From contig CP075492.1 in assembly GCA_021613535.1 (NCBI GenBank), forward strand, positions 5,146,001-5,210,000: 64,000 bases of DNA, in the 5' to 3' direction. Made by a program: the position numbers and the translations under genes. The stretch comes from Adineta vaga. Taxonomy: Eukaryota; Animalia; Rotifera. The notes beneath the pieces were generated by a model, which had not been told where the DNA came from, did no database searches, and saw nothing but the letters and a program-made list of their open reading frames with translations. Position 1 is the stretch's first letter. Every line of letters starts with the position of its first letter. Below, one piece after another: positions 25,711 to 39,044 of this stretch.

Positions 25711-26254
25711 GGGAGGAAAAATAAAAGGCGACCAAAAGGAACTTGCAAAATTTTTTCAACAAGAATAATTTATTACTACCCAATTAAATATATTAACCGC
25801 TAAACATCCAAAAAGTAGATGATCCTAACTGGCATAAAACTCTTTTGCTTTGACCGATGAATTAACTTTTAACTCATTACATTTTTTGTTTGATCTGAAG
25901 GCAATGATGATCAAGATATAAATACTAATATCAGTAAGTGTATGTTGGATGATAAAATCGATACATGTTAAGATCCACTGGAATTTGACTAAATTCACAC
26001 AGCGATACTTCATTCGAGCACATCAAATTTTACACATAGCAAAATGTCTTAAACTCTAAAAGATTCCGGTGGTTTTTGAGAAATATTAATATAATACGAA
26101 TTAGGCTTATAGAAATCTGCAAAAATTCGTTGAATCTACGAAAGTTTTCAATTAATACAAAATATGGATTCTCTCAGTCTATCAGTTGTGAAGATCCGCT
26201 TTCCCTCTCGATATCATGTCTCTCACAGAAAACTTATAAATATAATGATCAGAT

Positions 26255-26640
26255 TTGATTAATAATGAAGTACTCAACTAAACAAAAGTACTTCAGTCGA
26301 ATTTTTCAAACTTCGAGTTTACGATCATCAAATAGTAAGTGTTGCTTCTCATGTGTGAAACCTACTGTATTCTGAATCTTATCTTTTAATGGTTCAACTG
26401 TATACGAAGGCTCTAAGTCAAACATTAGTGCAATATTATCCATTGATATCTGGATAACTTTCATCTTCCAAAATAATATTACTATCTATTAATTGTAAGT
26501 TATGATAAAAATATGCAAAGAGTACTACTTTTTTATATGTTAACTATTTGATGGCTATTTCCTTGAATGGCAATCGTTTGCTTTACCGTTATTTTAGTTC
26601 TGTTGCTGCTACTTGATGACATATGAAATAAAAACATTCA
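26255..26640 (-). pseudogene. Ubiquitin-like domain gene remnant (copy 2)
   Basis: FDLEPSYTVEPLKDKIQNTVGFTHEKQHLLFDDRKLEV* aligns with ubiquitin [35 protein letters not shown]. Contains stops. Confidence 0.6.
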
Positions 26641-27306
26641 GGAAAGAATCTTACAACATTTGAATAACAACAATGATTTGCTTCTAGTTAACTTTGAAAA
26701 AAAAACGTTTTGATGCCAAGGTTCCATATAAATAAAGTATCTTGTGATAGATGTTAATCAGTAAGAAGATTAGCAGTAAGAATAGAGATGGTCTATATAT
26801 TATGGTTGGTATAATCCCAGCATTGTTAGCATAAGCACTGATATTATTTAAACCTGATGCTGTATGTTGTTGTTCACTAGAATAGGTACATTCAGCACAT
26901 TTCGCATACTTGAGTTAATGAATACTATGATTCAGTATGACTGATCATCAGTATTTATTCTGCTAGCTTTGTCAAGAACGACTAAAACTATATATGCCAT
27001 TTGATACAGGAGCTTCTTCACTCGTACCTGAATGTTCAAAATGTGTTTCTCTTTCGAATCGTTTCAAAATGTAATGGTGATGGTCATTAAAGGAGAAAAG
27101 AATTCAAGGAACTTTATTTCATTGTATTTTTTGCGTTGTATTTATTATTTGATATTCTTTTATATAAGCAAAGATCTATACCTTTTTTCTATCAGTTTTA
27201 GAAAGAGATTAGTTAAAGTAACTGTCGATAGTAATAAACTAGTTCTTTAGAAGCATTATGTTTCAAAAAATCGATTAGGAAACTATATATATTCATCAAA
27301 AGTAGT

Positions 27307-28299
27307 TTATTGAAAATAAACTTTTCGTAACATTTCTCCAAATGTAAAATTATAATTCACAATCATAGTTTCATTGAATTCCGGATATTTTTCAAAATTT
27401 TCTTTAAACATATAACTTCTATGATCAATTAATACATGCATCGCGTAATAATTCTTCCACTCACTCCAATTTTTTGTAAACAGATACGAAGCAAATTTTA
27501 GATCAGCACCAAATAACAATTTAACTCGATGAATAAGATGAGGATATTTATCAAGTACAGCTGTTGTTGGTAATTCTCCACCATTATAATACCATAGATC
27601 AGATCGATAATCATGAAATGTATCTAACCACAGACGTAAAAATCTTGCATCTTTATGTGCAAGAAGCACTTGACTACCCATAAATTGTCCTTCATCCCAA
27701 TTTAAAACCATTTCATATTTTCTAAAACGATCTAAACTTTGTATAACATAAACATCACAATCTAAATATATGCCACCATATTCAGACAGAATTCGTGCAC
27801 GTTCTATATCCGAAGCATGATGTAAATTATATGAAGTATTTAATGGCCGACCATAGATTTCAACAGGTACAGAACGAGGTTTGATTTGAATAAGTTTATA
27901 TGTATCCGGCCATTTTTGTTGTAGTAGAAGCCAATATTTACCTTGAAATTGATCGACATTTGTATGAATATAGATCGTATCAGGTTGTTGTGCTAAATGA
28001 ACAGCACGAATATTAATAATTTCAGTGAATGAAAAATTTGTTTGATTAAAACGAATAAAATGTATGATATTTGGTATAATTAATGAATCAACGCCGGTTT
28101 CATTATTAAAACCATCGAAATTGTATCGTCCTGAAAGATGATTACTCGTCAATCGAAAACTATCATAAATAAGAATTATTGATATAAAACAAATTATAAA
28201 CGATCGAATCTATATTTCATCAGTCACAATTATTATATTTTCTTTAAAAAAAAGAATATCACTTACCTTTTTACGTGATAATAAATTTATAAGCATCAT
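27307..28299 (-). CDS. GT32-type DXD glycosyltransferase, type II membrane (2 exons)
   Basis: IPNIIHFI, SDIERARILSEYGGIYLDCD. Exon 1 28299-28267, intron 28266-28210, in-frame TM segment. Confidence 0.85.
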
Positions 28300-29282
28300 T
28301 GAAGGAAATGAAACTATAGTCGTATAAATCAGAATAAACAATCTTTATACATGGAAGATATATAAAATCGGTATCTGAAAAGCTAAATAGAATACATATG
28401 GTTACTTGTTTTAAATTAAGATACAGTTTTTGTAACTAGTATACCGTATGGTGCATGAATAAATTATACAAAGAATAATTTGTTGACTCTTCCTTGTTTT
28501 TTTTTTATCGAAATGTCAGTTATTTGATTAATCTTATAATTATAGAGATAAGAATTATAATCTCATACATAGGTAGTTATTACTTTTCAATATTAATCAC
28601 TATTGAGTAAATATTTAAAGATTGTATTTATTGTCATTTATTGAGAATGTTTTGTTATGAATTTATTCATTGATTAGCGTATATCTATGTATCATATCTT
28701 CGTGACAATGAAATATATGAAAAAATCTGTTACTCATTTCTTTTTCTAATGAAAAAACGAAAAGAAACTTTGATTCTACTTTTATTTTATATCAATATTC
28801 ACAACTGCTAAGCTTTTTCACAAAGAAATAATATGCTCTTGTTACATTTTTACATCACTAAGATTATGAACAAAGATTGGTTTATTTAAAATCTCATCGA
28901 GTACATGATGTTGTTTGTTGTCGTCAACGAAATTTTTTGCTTTGTATGATTTAATAACAAGTTTAGAAAATGGAAAATATTTATCAATGCACTTCTAGTT
29001 TACTTGAACTATATCATGTTGTATATGTGTTAGCTGCGTACAATTTTTTTTCTTCTTAGCAACGATCGTGATTGACAAGGATCACTCTGTATGTTCTCTC
29101 TCTCTCTCTCTTTTTCCCAAAGAAAGATATATTAATCAATAACTATATGAGTTAGTGACTTATTCATGTATTTTATTAGAAGATAGACTTTTTATACAAG
29201 CAGAAAAATAAATTTACGGAATTGATCTGAAACACTTAATCAAAGTAATAAGAAAATAGATGACTGATATATATACATATAT

Positions 29283-29888
29283 TTAAAAGACATGAGGAAT
29301 CAGTTTAGCCGGTACTTTTTTTGCATACTCAGCATAAGCGGATCCAAAATGTGCTCTTAATTCTTTTTCTTCAATATAAAGTCGATATAGAAAGACGAAT
29401 GTTGGTGGTATTACAATACCAACTAAACCAAGCCAATTATTAATTAATAATCCTAAACCAGCGAAAATCATCAGCATACCAGTATAGGATGGATGCCGCA
29501 TTTTTGCATACCATCCTGATTGAATTAATTCTTGTTTATCATTAATACGAATTTTTAATGTAAACCATTCACCAAGTTGTTGTATAGCTTGGTGTCTTAG
29601 GATACGACCCATGATAATCAAATATAAACTTAATGGAAGCGAAATGATATATCGAGAGAAAGTATTAAGGAATATTTTGAATCCATAACCTCGACGAACA
29701 TAATGAACGGAAAGAGTCATAGAACACATGACAATAAACCAAATGAAATAAAATGTTCCATGATCTTTGGATTTCGATCGTGTATTCGTTTTATTCAATG
29801 ATGATTTCGAAACTAAAGTATATATTTCAAATAGAAACCCCGGAATTCCGAATACAAGAAAAAGCATTACATCCAAATCGACAACCAT
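29283..29888 (-). CDS. Isoprenylcysteine carboxyl methyltransferase family (ICMT/PEMT) membrane methyltransferase
   Basis: LGEWFT, ELIQSGWYAKMRHPSYTG, EEKELRAHFGSAYAEY. Multiple TM segments. Confidence 0.88.
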   Translation of the reverse strand: MVVDLDVMLFLVFGIPGFLFEIYTLVSKSSLNKTNTRSKSKDHGTFYFIWFIVMCSMTLSVHYVRRGYGFKIFLNTFSRYIISLPLSLYLIIMGRILRHQAIQQLGEWFTLKIRINDKQELIQSGWYAKMRHPSYTGMLMIFAGLGLLINNWLGLVGIVIPPTFVFLYRLYIEEKELRAHFGSAYAEYAKKVPAKLIPHVF

Positions 29889-31279
29889 TTCTTTCACAAA
29901 CTCGAAATTTAATTTTTAAGATCTGATATGATATAAGAGATAAATAAATACCTGCTGTCCATAGTTTACCGCTTCTACAAACAGATGAGAGATGTCAGAA
30001 GTATCAAATAACAAAATGTCGGGACTTCTCGATAGATTTTAATTGAAAAAAAAGATCTTTTCGAAAATTAATGCTAACTTTCACATTGATATGATAATTT
30101 ATTTTACAATCCACTTATTGAATATGTCAACGGAGAAAAATAAAATGGAAATTCATATGCTATTCAGAGTGAGATATGCTACAATCTGGCAAGTTACAGT
30201 GGATAACAATTATGTTATCTTGCAGATAGAATAATTTAACTGATTGACAAGATCATTTGTTTTTTATTACGGACAATATTGTGGCGAATGTGTTAGTTTT
30301 ATAAAGTATAAAAATAACGAAGTGTCCGACACGAAATGCTTTAGTATGTACTCAAGATTATCGTAGGACAAGTGCATGGGAACAAGGACAGCAGGTCAAT
30401 CTAAACGAAATTGGATGATTTAGATTTAAAGTTCATCTTTTTTTTGTATAGGTTAGAGATGTACGGATTTTGCAACATAGCAGTTGCTACATTTTCTAAT
30501 GGTAAGAAAATTTGCGTGAAAATATTAACATTATTTGTGATGATACACTTTAGGAATATATTCTGGCCATGCTGCTATCTATATAAGTCAGAATAATCAA
30601 GGTATTCAAGTATGGGATCAATGGCGAGGTCATCCAGTTAGTCAACGAACAATTCGTTGGAATAGATCAAGCACTTCAAATAATGGAAATTCATTTTATG
30701 CTATTGATTGATATTGTTTAATAAAATCTCGATTCTTTTCTTCAAAAGGGTTTTTTTCTCGATTGAATAAAAGAATAAGATTTCTATTCTATATACAGTA
30801 TAATTTATTGAATAGTAAAAATACTTTAAGATTATTACTTATATCTTATCGGCTCGTTTAACCAGGTGAAGTATATTCAGGGGTGTCATCAGTAAGGAAA
30901 GGTGACCCCCCTTAATTTACCAAACACACATATCTTCTAATCTCTTTGCATTAACTCTATACCATAAAATCAAAGAATTCTCTATGTATTCTTTTGATAA
31001 AAATAAGTGAAGAAACAAAAAAAGTATAAGTATAAAGATTAAAATATCAATACATATACATTCAGTTGATTTTAAATAAGTAGTTAATATTTTTGTTGAT
31101 TTTACGAGCTTACTGTTAAAAGTCATAAATTCTTAGATGAGAATTTTCTTCGTTGTAAGATTGATCGAAGTACGAGTAATATAAATTTTCAAAAGGTATA
31201 TAAATAACAATGTACAATAGCTATAAGTGAGATATTCGTAGGTATAGAATATGTGTATATAGTAAATTTTATATTTTAG

Positions 31280-32358
31280 ATGGCACAAATCGAAGAAGGT
31301 ATCGAACCGACACGTATTGATGGTTCATGTGATTTAAAATTAGATGATCTTCAATGTGTAATATGTAAGAAAATCGTTCGCAATGTAGTTACTTGCAAGA
31401 ATTGTGGAGCACTTTTTTGTTCGTCATGTGTTCTAAAATCAACTGATCAATTATCTGAAAAATGTGTGAATGGATGTGAAACATTTGTTCAAACACAATG
31501 CCATCGATTTATAACTGAACAATTAGCTAGATTGAATATTGTATGTATTAATCAAGCACGTGGTTGTAATGCAGTAAGTAAATTAGTATACGAACGACGA
31601 TATCATAATATCTATGTTGTTCGATAGATTATTCATTATGATGATCTCGAAAAACATGAAATAGAATGTGAGTATCAATTACAAGAATGCCATGGTTGTC
31701 ATGAGTTGCAATTGAAAAAAGATCTCAATGAGCATATTGAAACATGTCAGATGATTGAAATGACATGTTCAAAATGTGATATGAGGTTTACGAGAGGTGA
31801 AGCTACATCACATACGGAATGTCAATGTCTTATAGAACAATTAAGAAAGGAATTAAATGAACATAAACTACAAACAGCTGAACAATTTAAACAAATTCAA
31901 CAAGAATCAAAAACAAATGAAGAATTACGACAACTTCGAGATGAATTCGATGAATTTAGACGACAAGTTGGTGATCAAATAAAACAAATCGTAGAATTGA
32001 ATTATAAATTACAAGAAAAAGTCGAAACTAATAAACAACAAACAAACCAAGACGTTCGTCAGTTGCAGCAACATCTACAACATAACAAACAAGAACTTGA
32101 TGCAGCAAAAGTTCAAAGAATGATCAAGACAATTGATCGTATAAATACGAAAACTTATTTTCATATTGATCTCCGTTTTTCTTTTCTTTTATAGTCTATA
32201 AAAAAGCGGATATTCGTTGCTCATGTGGTGGCCACTTTTGCCGACGTTGTGGTGGTTGCCGTGATTGGAAACGCGATGGTAAAGACTGGAAACGTATCAG
32301 TGATGGTTGTCGTTTTCATCCGAACACGAATGCCGTTGACGTTTGTCAATGTAATTGA
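31280..32358 (+). CDS. TRAF-like RING + zinc-finger + coiled-coil protein with Cys-rich C-terminus (3 exons)
   Basis: CVICKK..CKNCGALFCSSC RING-like region and TRAF-type zinc fingers. Introns 31574-31627 and 32139-32193 restore the frame. Confidence 0.8.
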
Positions 32359-32659
32359 AAAAAATAGACGAGAAACATTGTGTCCATTCATTTTAATCAA
32401 CTACAAAACTAAAAAAACCCTATAGTTTAGATTATATATTTTTCAATTAATTTCTTTTTTTCTATTTCACATCGTTTTGAAAGATTAAAATCGAAGTAAA
32501 AGTACAAAAAAAAAGCGTAGGTCTTAACTAAAACCAAATAATTTTCTACAGAATCATATCAAATTTCTTCTCGAACTTTCGATTTATCTATTCGGTATCA
32601 TTTATTGAAAAACGATTTCTATAAAACCAAAATAGAAATCAAACGATGAATACATTTCA

Positions 32660-33978
32660 ATGCTTTCATATATCATATTACTCGTTCTCATTAGTTTTTC
32701 ATCAACTTTTACTCTGATTCAGCCACGTCAGAGTTTAATTCTCAATGAAATCGATTCATTAATTAGTTCGGAACATTGTCAATTTTATACATCATTGAAT
32801 AGAAAATTTCAATGTGGACGGAAATCTCATTTGCTTCAATATTCATATAAATATTGTCAATTACTTCTAAATATTCGTGATACATTTGACAATTCACGAT
32901 ATCAAGACAGTGTTCGTGTTTGTTTACAACAGAAACTTATTACTAAAATAAAACAAATTGGTGAAACGAATATTAAATGTGATAGTTTGAAACAAATTGA
33001 TCTTGAATCACATGGAAATTGTTTTTCTCTTGGATTTAAAGAACTCTCCGCACACGATATCAAACAATTTCTAACTACTTTCAAAGATACAACTATTAAT
33101 TATTCTCAATTATGTAAAATGGCAAATAGCTTTGCTGGACATTGGAGTATGTCAAGTGTTCATAATCACTTGTAAACGAGAAAGCATATTTTATATTTAG
33201 GTCAACTCGTCAAAGGTGATTTGATGATATTTATCAAAACACAATTGAAAGAAATCTTTCCTGATGGTGATATTACACAATGTACGATTAAAGAAAGAGA
33301 AATCATTGATGAAATTGATGAAGTCATTTTACAAATGACAAGTGTAGTAGAGAAATTGAAAGAGGCTAAAGATGTTATTGTGTTAATCATTGACAAATCG
33401 AAAATAATTCATGATGATTTAAGAACTATTCGAGATATCATTGAAGGAATGAAAAGTGGAACAATTTCACAAATTGATGGATTAACGATCATTCTTGCTA
33501 AAAGTGAATCAATCGTAGGTAATGCAAAAATAATCATTGAAATCATCAAAAATCTGAATAAAGAACAATTGCATTCGGAAGATAGAGAAAAAGGTACGAA
33601 AATATTCTAGAAATGAGAATGCAAAATTCAAAAGATTTTATTTTAGAAAATGAAATGGATACGATGGATCTCATGCAATTTCAACTTGCACAAATCCTTT
33701 CACAATTTGATATCTTAAAAGAAGAAATCTATAAGATCATCACTAATGTCGATGTAATACGTGATACAATGAACGAAATCAATAATGGAGAAAAAGATTT
33801 AAGTAATGGTTTTAGTGAAATCATGAATATGGTGGTTGAACCAAGTATTGATCATATCTATTCAATAATGACTATGTCGCATACATTGAAAGAATCTATT
33901 ATTGAATTAATTGATTCATTTGCTAAAGGTTTAGAAGGACTCATCAATATTGATAAGAAAACAATTGATTCAATTTAA
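32660..33978 (+). CDS. Secreted stanniocalcin-like domain plus helical C-terminal modules (3 exons)
   Basis: Signal peptide. CQFY...CG...Y.YKYC...VRVCLQ..L...C..L.....SHGNCF pattern. Introns 33147-33200 and 33594-33646. Confidence 0.7.
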
Positions 33979-34796
33979 ATTAGAGCATTCTAAATAACAT
34001 TTTCGAATCATGTACGTTCTGTTTTCTTAAGAAAATAATAAAAGAGAATGGACGACATCATCTTTTATTTTGAAATAGCATTGCTCGGAGCTGGATTCGT
34101 TTGTTTTCAAAATGTGTATTTTGTATTATTCATAGATATGCTGCTCAATAATGAGCGAGACAATTTTATCATCGCCGTAGAATTATTTTTGTTCATAGTA
34201 CTAGTATATTGATTTCTAATGATCTTTATAAGTATATTTATGCATCTAGATGATTCCAACAAACGAACATGAATCTTTCTCAGCAACAGTTGTGTAATTC
34301 ATTTTTTTAGTGTAAAAAATATATTTCATGTATTGTTTTCGGATTTTCATATCAACCATATTCTTTCTATCTTATCTATATTAAATATCAGAACTAGAAT
34401 ATGATTTTATTGTTGCTGACATTAGATCAAGCGAATCAATGTTCGAAAAAGTAGACCGAAGATCTTAGCCGTATTCATGATCCAAATTACTTTTTTATAC
34501 CACCAAATAATCTCAATTTTATGGTCTCGTTGAGACAGTAACGATCAATGGTATGACGACTATACAAGTAAGCACTTGTGCATTACAGGAGAATTCACAA
34601 ATACTAAAGCACATACATTTTGTATGATATGAGTGAAAGAGTAGCAAATCTTATTCAAATGAATTTTCAAAAAAAAAGGTCAACGATATATTATAATTTT
34701 ATTATGATCATATAAATAATCCGTATAGAATAATTTCATGTAAAATAAAAATGTGTGAAACTCTAAGGTTCACAGATATGAAGAATAATTATTTGA

Positions 34797-35930
34797 TTAA
34801 CATTGAATGTTTGGATTAACACGCATGATTTGATTATTACCACAATCAGATAAGTACATAATATAATTGTCGATAATTTTCATGAAAGAAACAGAAAAAC
34901 CTGGTGTCGTATAATTTCCGAGAAGAACACCCTGTTGACTAAAGATGAAAACAGTATTCGTTTCTTGAGGAATCCAAAATCGACCACATTCATCAATCGT
35001 CATACTGGTAGTACCACCTGTCGAAGTCAATGTAGACATATTGACAATTAAAGCTTCATTCCATTTTCCATTTGTATTATTTTTACTGTAACCATACAAT
35101 GATTTGGTATTGTAAGACGTGACATAAAAATACGAATCATTAACATACCACATACCATGTGGACTATCATATTGAACAATTTGAGAATAAGTATATGCAT
35201 ATGTAACTGGTAGAAGACTTGTTCGGTTGAAAAATAGAAGAGTTTGATTTTTGTTTGATGTGACAACCATTGTTTGACCATTATTTAAAAATATAATACC
35301 ACGCGGATCTTTGACTGTTGTCATAGTTATATTCGATAATGTTGTTAAATTTGCACTGTCAATCGCAGCCATAGTGGCGGCATTATTTGGAGCAATGAAA
35401 TATGTACCTTGATTGTATGCTATCGACATTTGATACGAATTTTGAATGGAAGTACGACTAATTGTGTTGAGAGTTACTGCATCAACACGACGAAGATAAT
35501 TTAATGACATTTCAACTGTAACTAAAAAACCAAACTGATCAATAATCATTTCACGAGGATTGGATATATTCGCAAGAGTAAGCGTAGCCAGTTGTAATTT
35601 ATTTAATAAATAATTCAAATCTGGCATACAACATAAACTAGCATTCGGATATATCTTTTGTGGAAAATAAAGACGAGCACCAACGTTTGTTTCAATTTGA
35701 TAAGTTGGTGGAAAAGCATAGAAAATTTGGCAAGTATTATTAGGAAACCAATTGATGACTGGATAAGATAACGATGATGCACAAAGACATTCAGCGATTG
35801 TTCGATTATTGAAGATTGTACTGTTCGACGTGTATCCTGGTTTGAGAAAAACATTATCAATATAAGGTATTTGACGAAGATTCACCGGAATAATTGGCAA
35901 AATCAAACAATAGATAACGAAGTATATCAT
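34797..35930 (-). CDS. Secreted protein with small Cys domain and NHL/SGL-like beta-propeller
   Basis: Signal peptide, CLC..NTCQ..CC module, propeller blades (NPREM, DPRGI, SPHGM, IDECGRFW). Confidence 0.7.
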   Translation of the reverse strand: MIYFVIYCLILPIIPVNLRQIPYIDNVFLKPGYTSNSTIFNNRTIAECLCASSLSYPVINWFPNNTCQIFYAFPPTYQIETNVGARLYFPQKIYPNASLCCMPDLNYLLNKLQLATLTLANISNPREMIIDQFGFLVTVEMSLNYLRRVDAVTLNTISRTSIQNSYQMSIAYNQGTYFIAPNNAATMAAIDSANLTTLSNITMTTVKDPRGIIFLNNGQTMVVTSNKNQTLLFFNRTSLLPVTYAYTYSQIVQYDSPHGMWYVNDSYFYVTSYNTKSLYGYSKNNTNGKWNEALIVNMSTLTSTGGTTSMTIDECGRFWIPQETNTVFIFSQQGVLLGNYTTPGFSVSFMKIIDNYIMYLSDCGNNQIMRVNPNIQC

Positions 35931-36415
35931 AATGTAGTTTGCTCTTATATATTGAAGAAAAAATTCTTATCACTGCTATATGTGAAAATATTATATATTA
36001 AAAAAGAAATAATAGCTTTTTTGTTTCCTATTAAGATGGTAATTGAATGACGAAGGAGAAAGAGAGTCGATGTTGAGTATGCATTAAAACATCTCATTCG
36101 AGAAAATCATAGCTGATTGAATGAGACAAAATCAGAGATAAAATCAACTCTTTGAATCTTAACAACAATAATGCATTGTTAAGGCTCTTGAAGAGTTTGC
36201 CCTTTAAAATATAACATTTTGTTATAAGTACTTTGTGTATAAACAGAAAAATAAAAAAATAGGTATCAACATACTTCTAAGATGTGAATTGAAATCTGAA
36301 AAGAACACTTTTAACTGTTTGTTTTTAATATTTAAAGAAACTTCTATCGATAATGTTTATAGTTGTTAGAAAGTGTGACATCAATTTCATTTCTTTTTAT
36401 TCAAGAATAAGGAAT

Positions 36416-37835
36416 TTAAGACAGTTGAGGTACACCACTTATTGTTAATGGAACCAAATCAGGATAGTTGCCTGTTAACCATGAAAGATAAACCATATCA
36501 TTACCGATAAGAATAGGACAGAATGGAATTGTTATTTGTTTCTCAGTTACAATAAGATCCATTCGTCGAAGAATCTTACCTGTATCAACATGTACAGCAA
36601 TGAGAAAAAGTTTGAAAGATGTTTTTGTTGATCTAACCAACACGTAAAGAATACGGGTTTGTTCATTAAATGCTGTACATTCGGAAACGAGATCAAAATC
36701 ATTCATTTCATCTATAGTCACCATATCGATTTGCCAACGAGGAAGACCAGTGTTTATATTCAAAGCAATAGCATTGGGTAAATTAACAAAATAAATAGCA
36801 TCATTTTGATTATCTATTACTGGTGGTGTACAATCCATATTTATATAAGAGCTATTCCCTTTTTTCCATTGCCAACGTTCGTGTAATCCATTTTTTTCAA
36901 TATTCCATCCCGAAACAATCAGCGGCCAATCATGATCTGATAAATTTTGCCATGCACGTACTATTATTTGTCGTTGACTATCGAATGCAAAATAACGATT
37001 ACCACCTGAATTGGTATCATTGATAAACAAACGTGTGCCATTAGCATTCATCTTATACATATCATCATCGCCACCAATCCAATAAATATCACCTGTACGT
37101 GAATCGATTTTGTAATCAGTAGATGCATCGGAACCCATCGTCTCGGCAGAAGTCCATACCATTTCAAATGTTGTTATATTAAAAGCAGCTGGTGCATTTT
37201 CAATCACGGTTGTGATGAGAAGATCTGCTTTGGTATTCAATGCAAGTGGTGCTAAGAAATTGGAACTAATTTTATAAGTATCCATACATTCTTGTGCAGG
37301 ATGATGAGTATCGGGATAGAAAACTCGACATATTTTTGATATGAATGTTCCCGAATCAGCCCAAGATGATGTATAATACAGAAGATTATTCTTTTGATCA
37401 GAAACAATATTAGATACACCAACATTGATCTTTAATGAAGGAGATTCTAGATGTAAATGCCATCGAATCTCTCCATTTGTAGTAAGACAAAGCATGTAAT
37501 CAGCTAAATATCAATGAAAAACAAATTTCCAGAAAGTTCGAGTTGAAACAATATTTACCAGAAGAATAACGTGAATCAGTAAGAAAAAGATATAGATCAC
37601 CGTTAATGCCAGCAGCAGTACCGAAGACTGTACTATCTTGTGATGATGAGTTAAAGATAGATGTCCATGTTGTACCATTGTATTCAGTAGATACTGATGG
37701 AATTAATCGACGAGTATTGTGCACATTACCCATTGTTGTTGTCCATGAAAGTTCATCATTACTATCGTTGACTTTTGCTTCTATTTTATTGATTGATATC
37801 AACAAAAAAGTAAGAATAAAATTACTGTACTGCAT
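36416..37835 (-). CDS. Secreted PQQ-like beta-propeller protein (2 exons)
   Basis: Signal peptide, WTTTMGNVHNT, blades GEIRW, ALNINTGLPRW, AVHVDTGKIL. Intron 37558-37504 joins in frame. Confidence 0.7.
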
Positions 37836-39044
37836 TCTTGTATGTTTCGAGCAAGCATAAAATATGTTTCTTACTATTTTATATGAAATTTATAGCACAG
37901 GTGTGATGATTCTCATCGTTATTCAAAAGAGAAATGCGATCCGATCAGCATTCTAGTGCGTTGTATCCTTTACTGATGAAAGAGTACATCAACAGTGTCC
38001 TTTGTCCTTGAAAAGTACATGGTATGCAACGACCGTAATTTAATATCGCCTGATAGGCGTATTAAACGATATACTTTTCTATTTGAAAATTGAAAGAGAT
38101 TAATGTAGTATTTGCCTATCAAATTATCAACTATGATTAAATATATATATTCGTTATTTCATTTCAATTTTTATTATATTTTACTGTTTTTACTTATACA
38201 AGTTTGCTAATCATTATCTTCGATTTATTTATCAAGTCGAATTCTTTCTCCAATGATATATGGATGATTATTTACGCGTTAATTCGATGAATCCTGAAAT
38301 ACTTCATATACTTTGCTTCTCCTGAACTCACATTCTGGTCGCTGAGAAACTATTTATATCAATTGATTTTCAGAAATATTTCTTTTTGAAGAAAAACAGA
38401 CATTTACAACATGTAGATGTTTTCCGTTTTTTTTGACATCGCATAATGGTTTACACAAATAATAAAAATTTCCTCTTTCTCTTCAAAATCATTCATTTAT
38501 ATTCTTATGTGAAATTGGAATACAGCTTAAACAAATGTAAGGTTATTTTTAAATGAAGAGACGTCGATCATTTTTAACAAAAGAATAATATATTTGACGA
38601 TTTTCTCCGATAGAATTATGATGTTTGCTCAACGTTCGGGTAAGTTTTTGTTAAAATACGTCGAACATATCGATCTATTTTTTTATTAAAGTTTCTATTG
38701 TACAATAATCAGTCAAATGCAAAGAAAAACGGTGAACTTGCTGTCTAACCAGATTCTATATTCGATCATCTTAAATGTGATCAATGCATCACGAGCTAAT
38801 GAAAACGACAAATTGTGATGTTTTTTTATTTATTTCGAGTTTAATAGATGAGATCATTGAAAGATATAGTCTTTGATAAAATGTCATTAGTGTATCTCAA
38901 AAGTAGTTACAATAGCGCAGCTACTGTTTTCTCTGAAGTTTTCATTTCATCTCTACTTTTTTCTTCCATGTGTTTTGTATTAATTAATCTTATTCTTTAT
39001 AATTGATGTTTAAAAAATCAATATGAAAATTGGTTTTTATTTAG

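Noticed and set aside
30878-30915. CAGGGGTGTCA...TGACCCCCC possible transposon terminus or hairpin
   Set aside because: Too short, with no partner end or TSD found.
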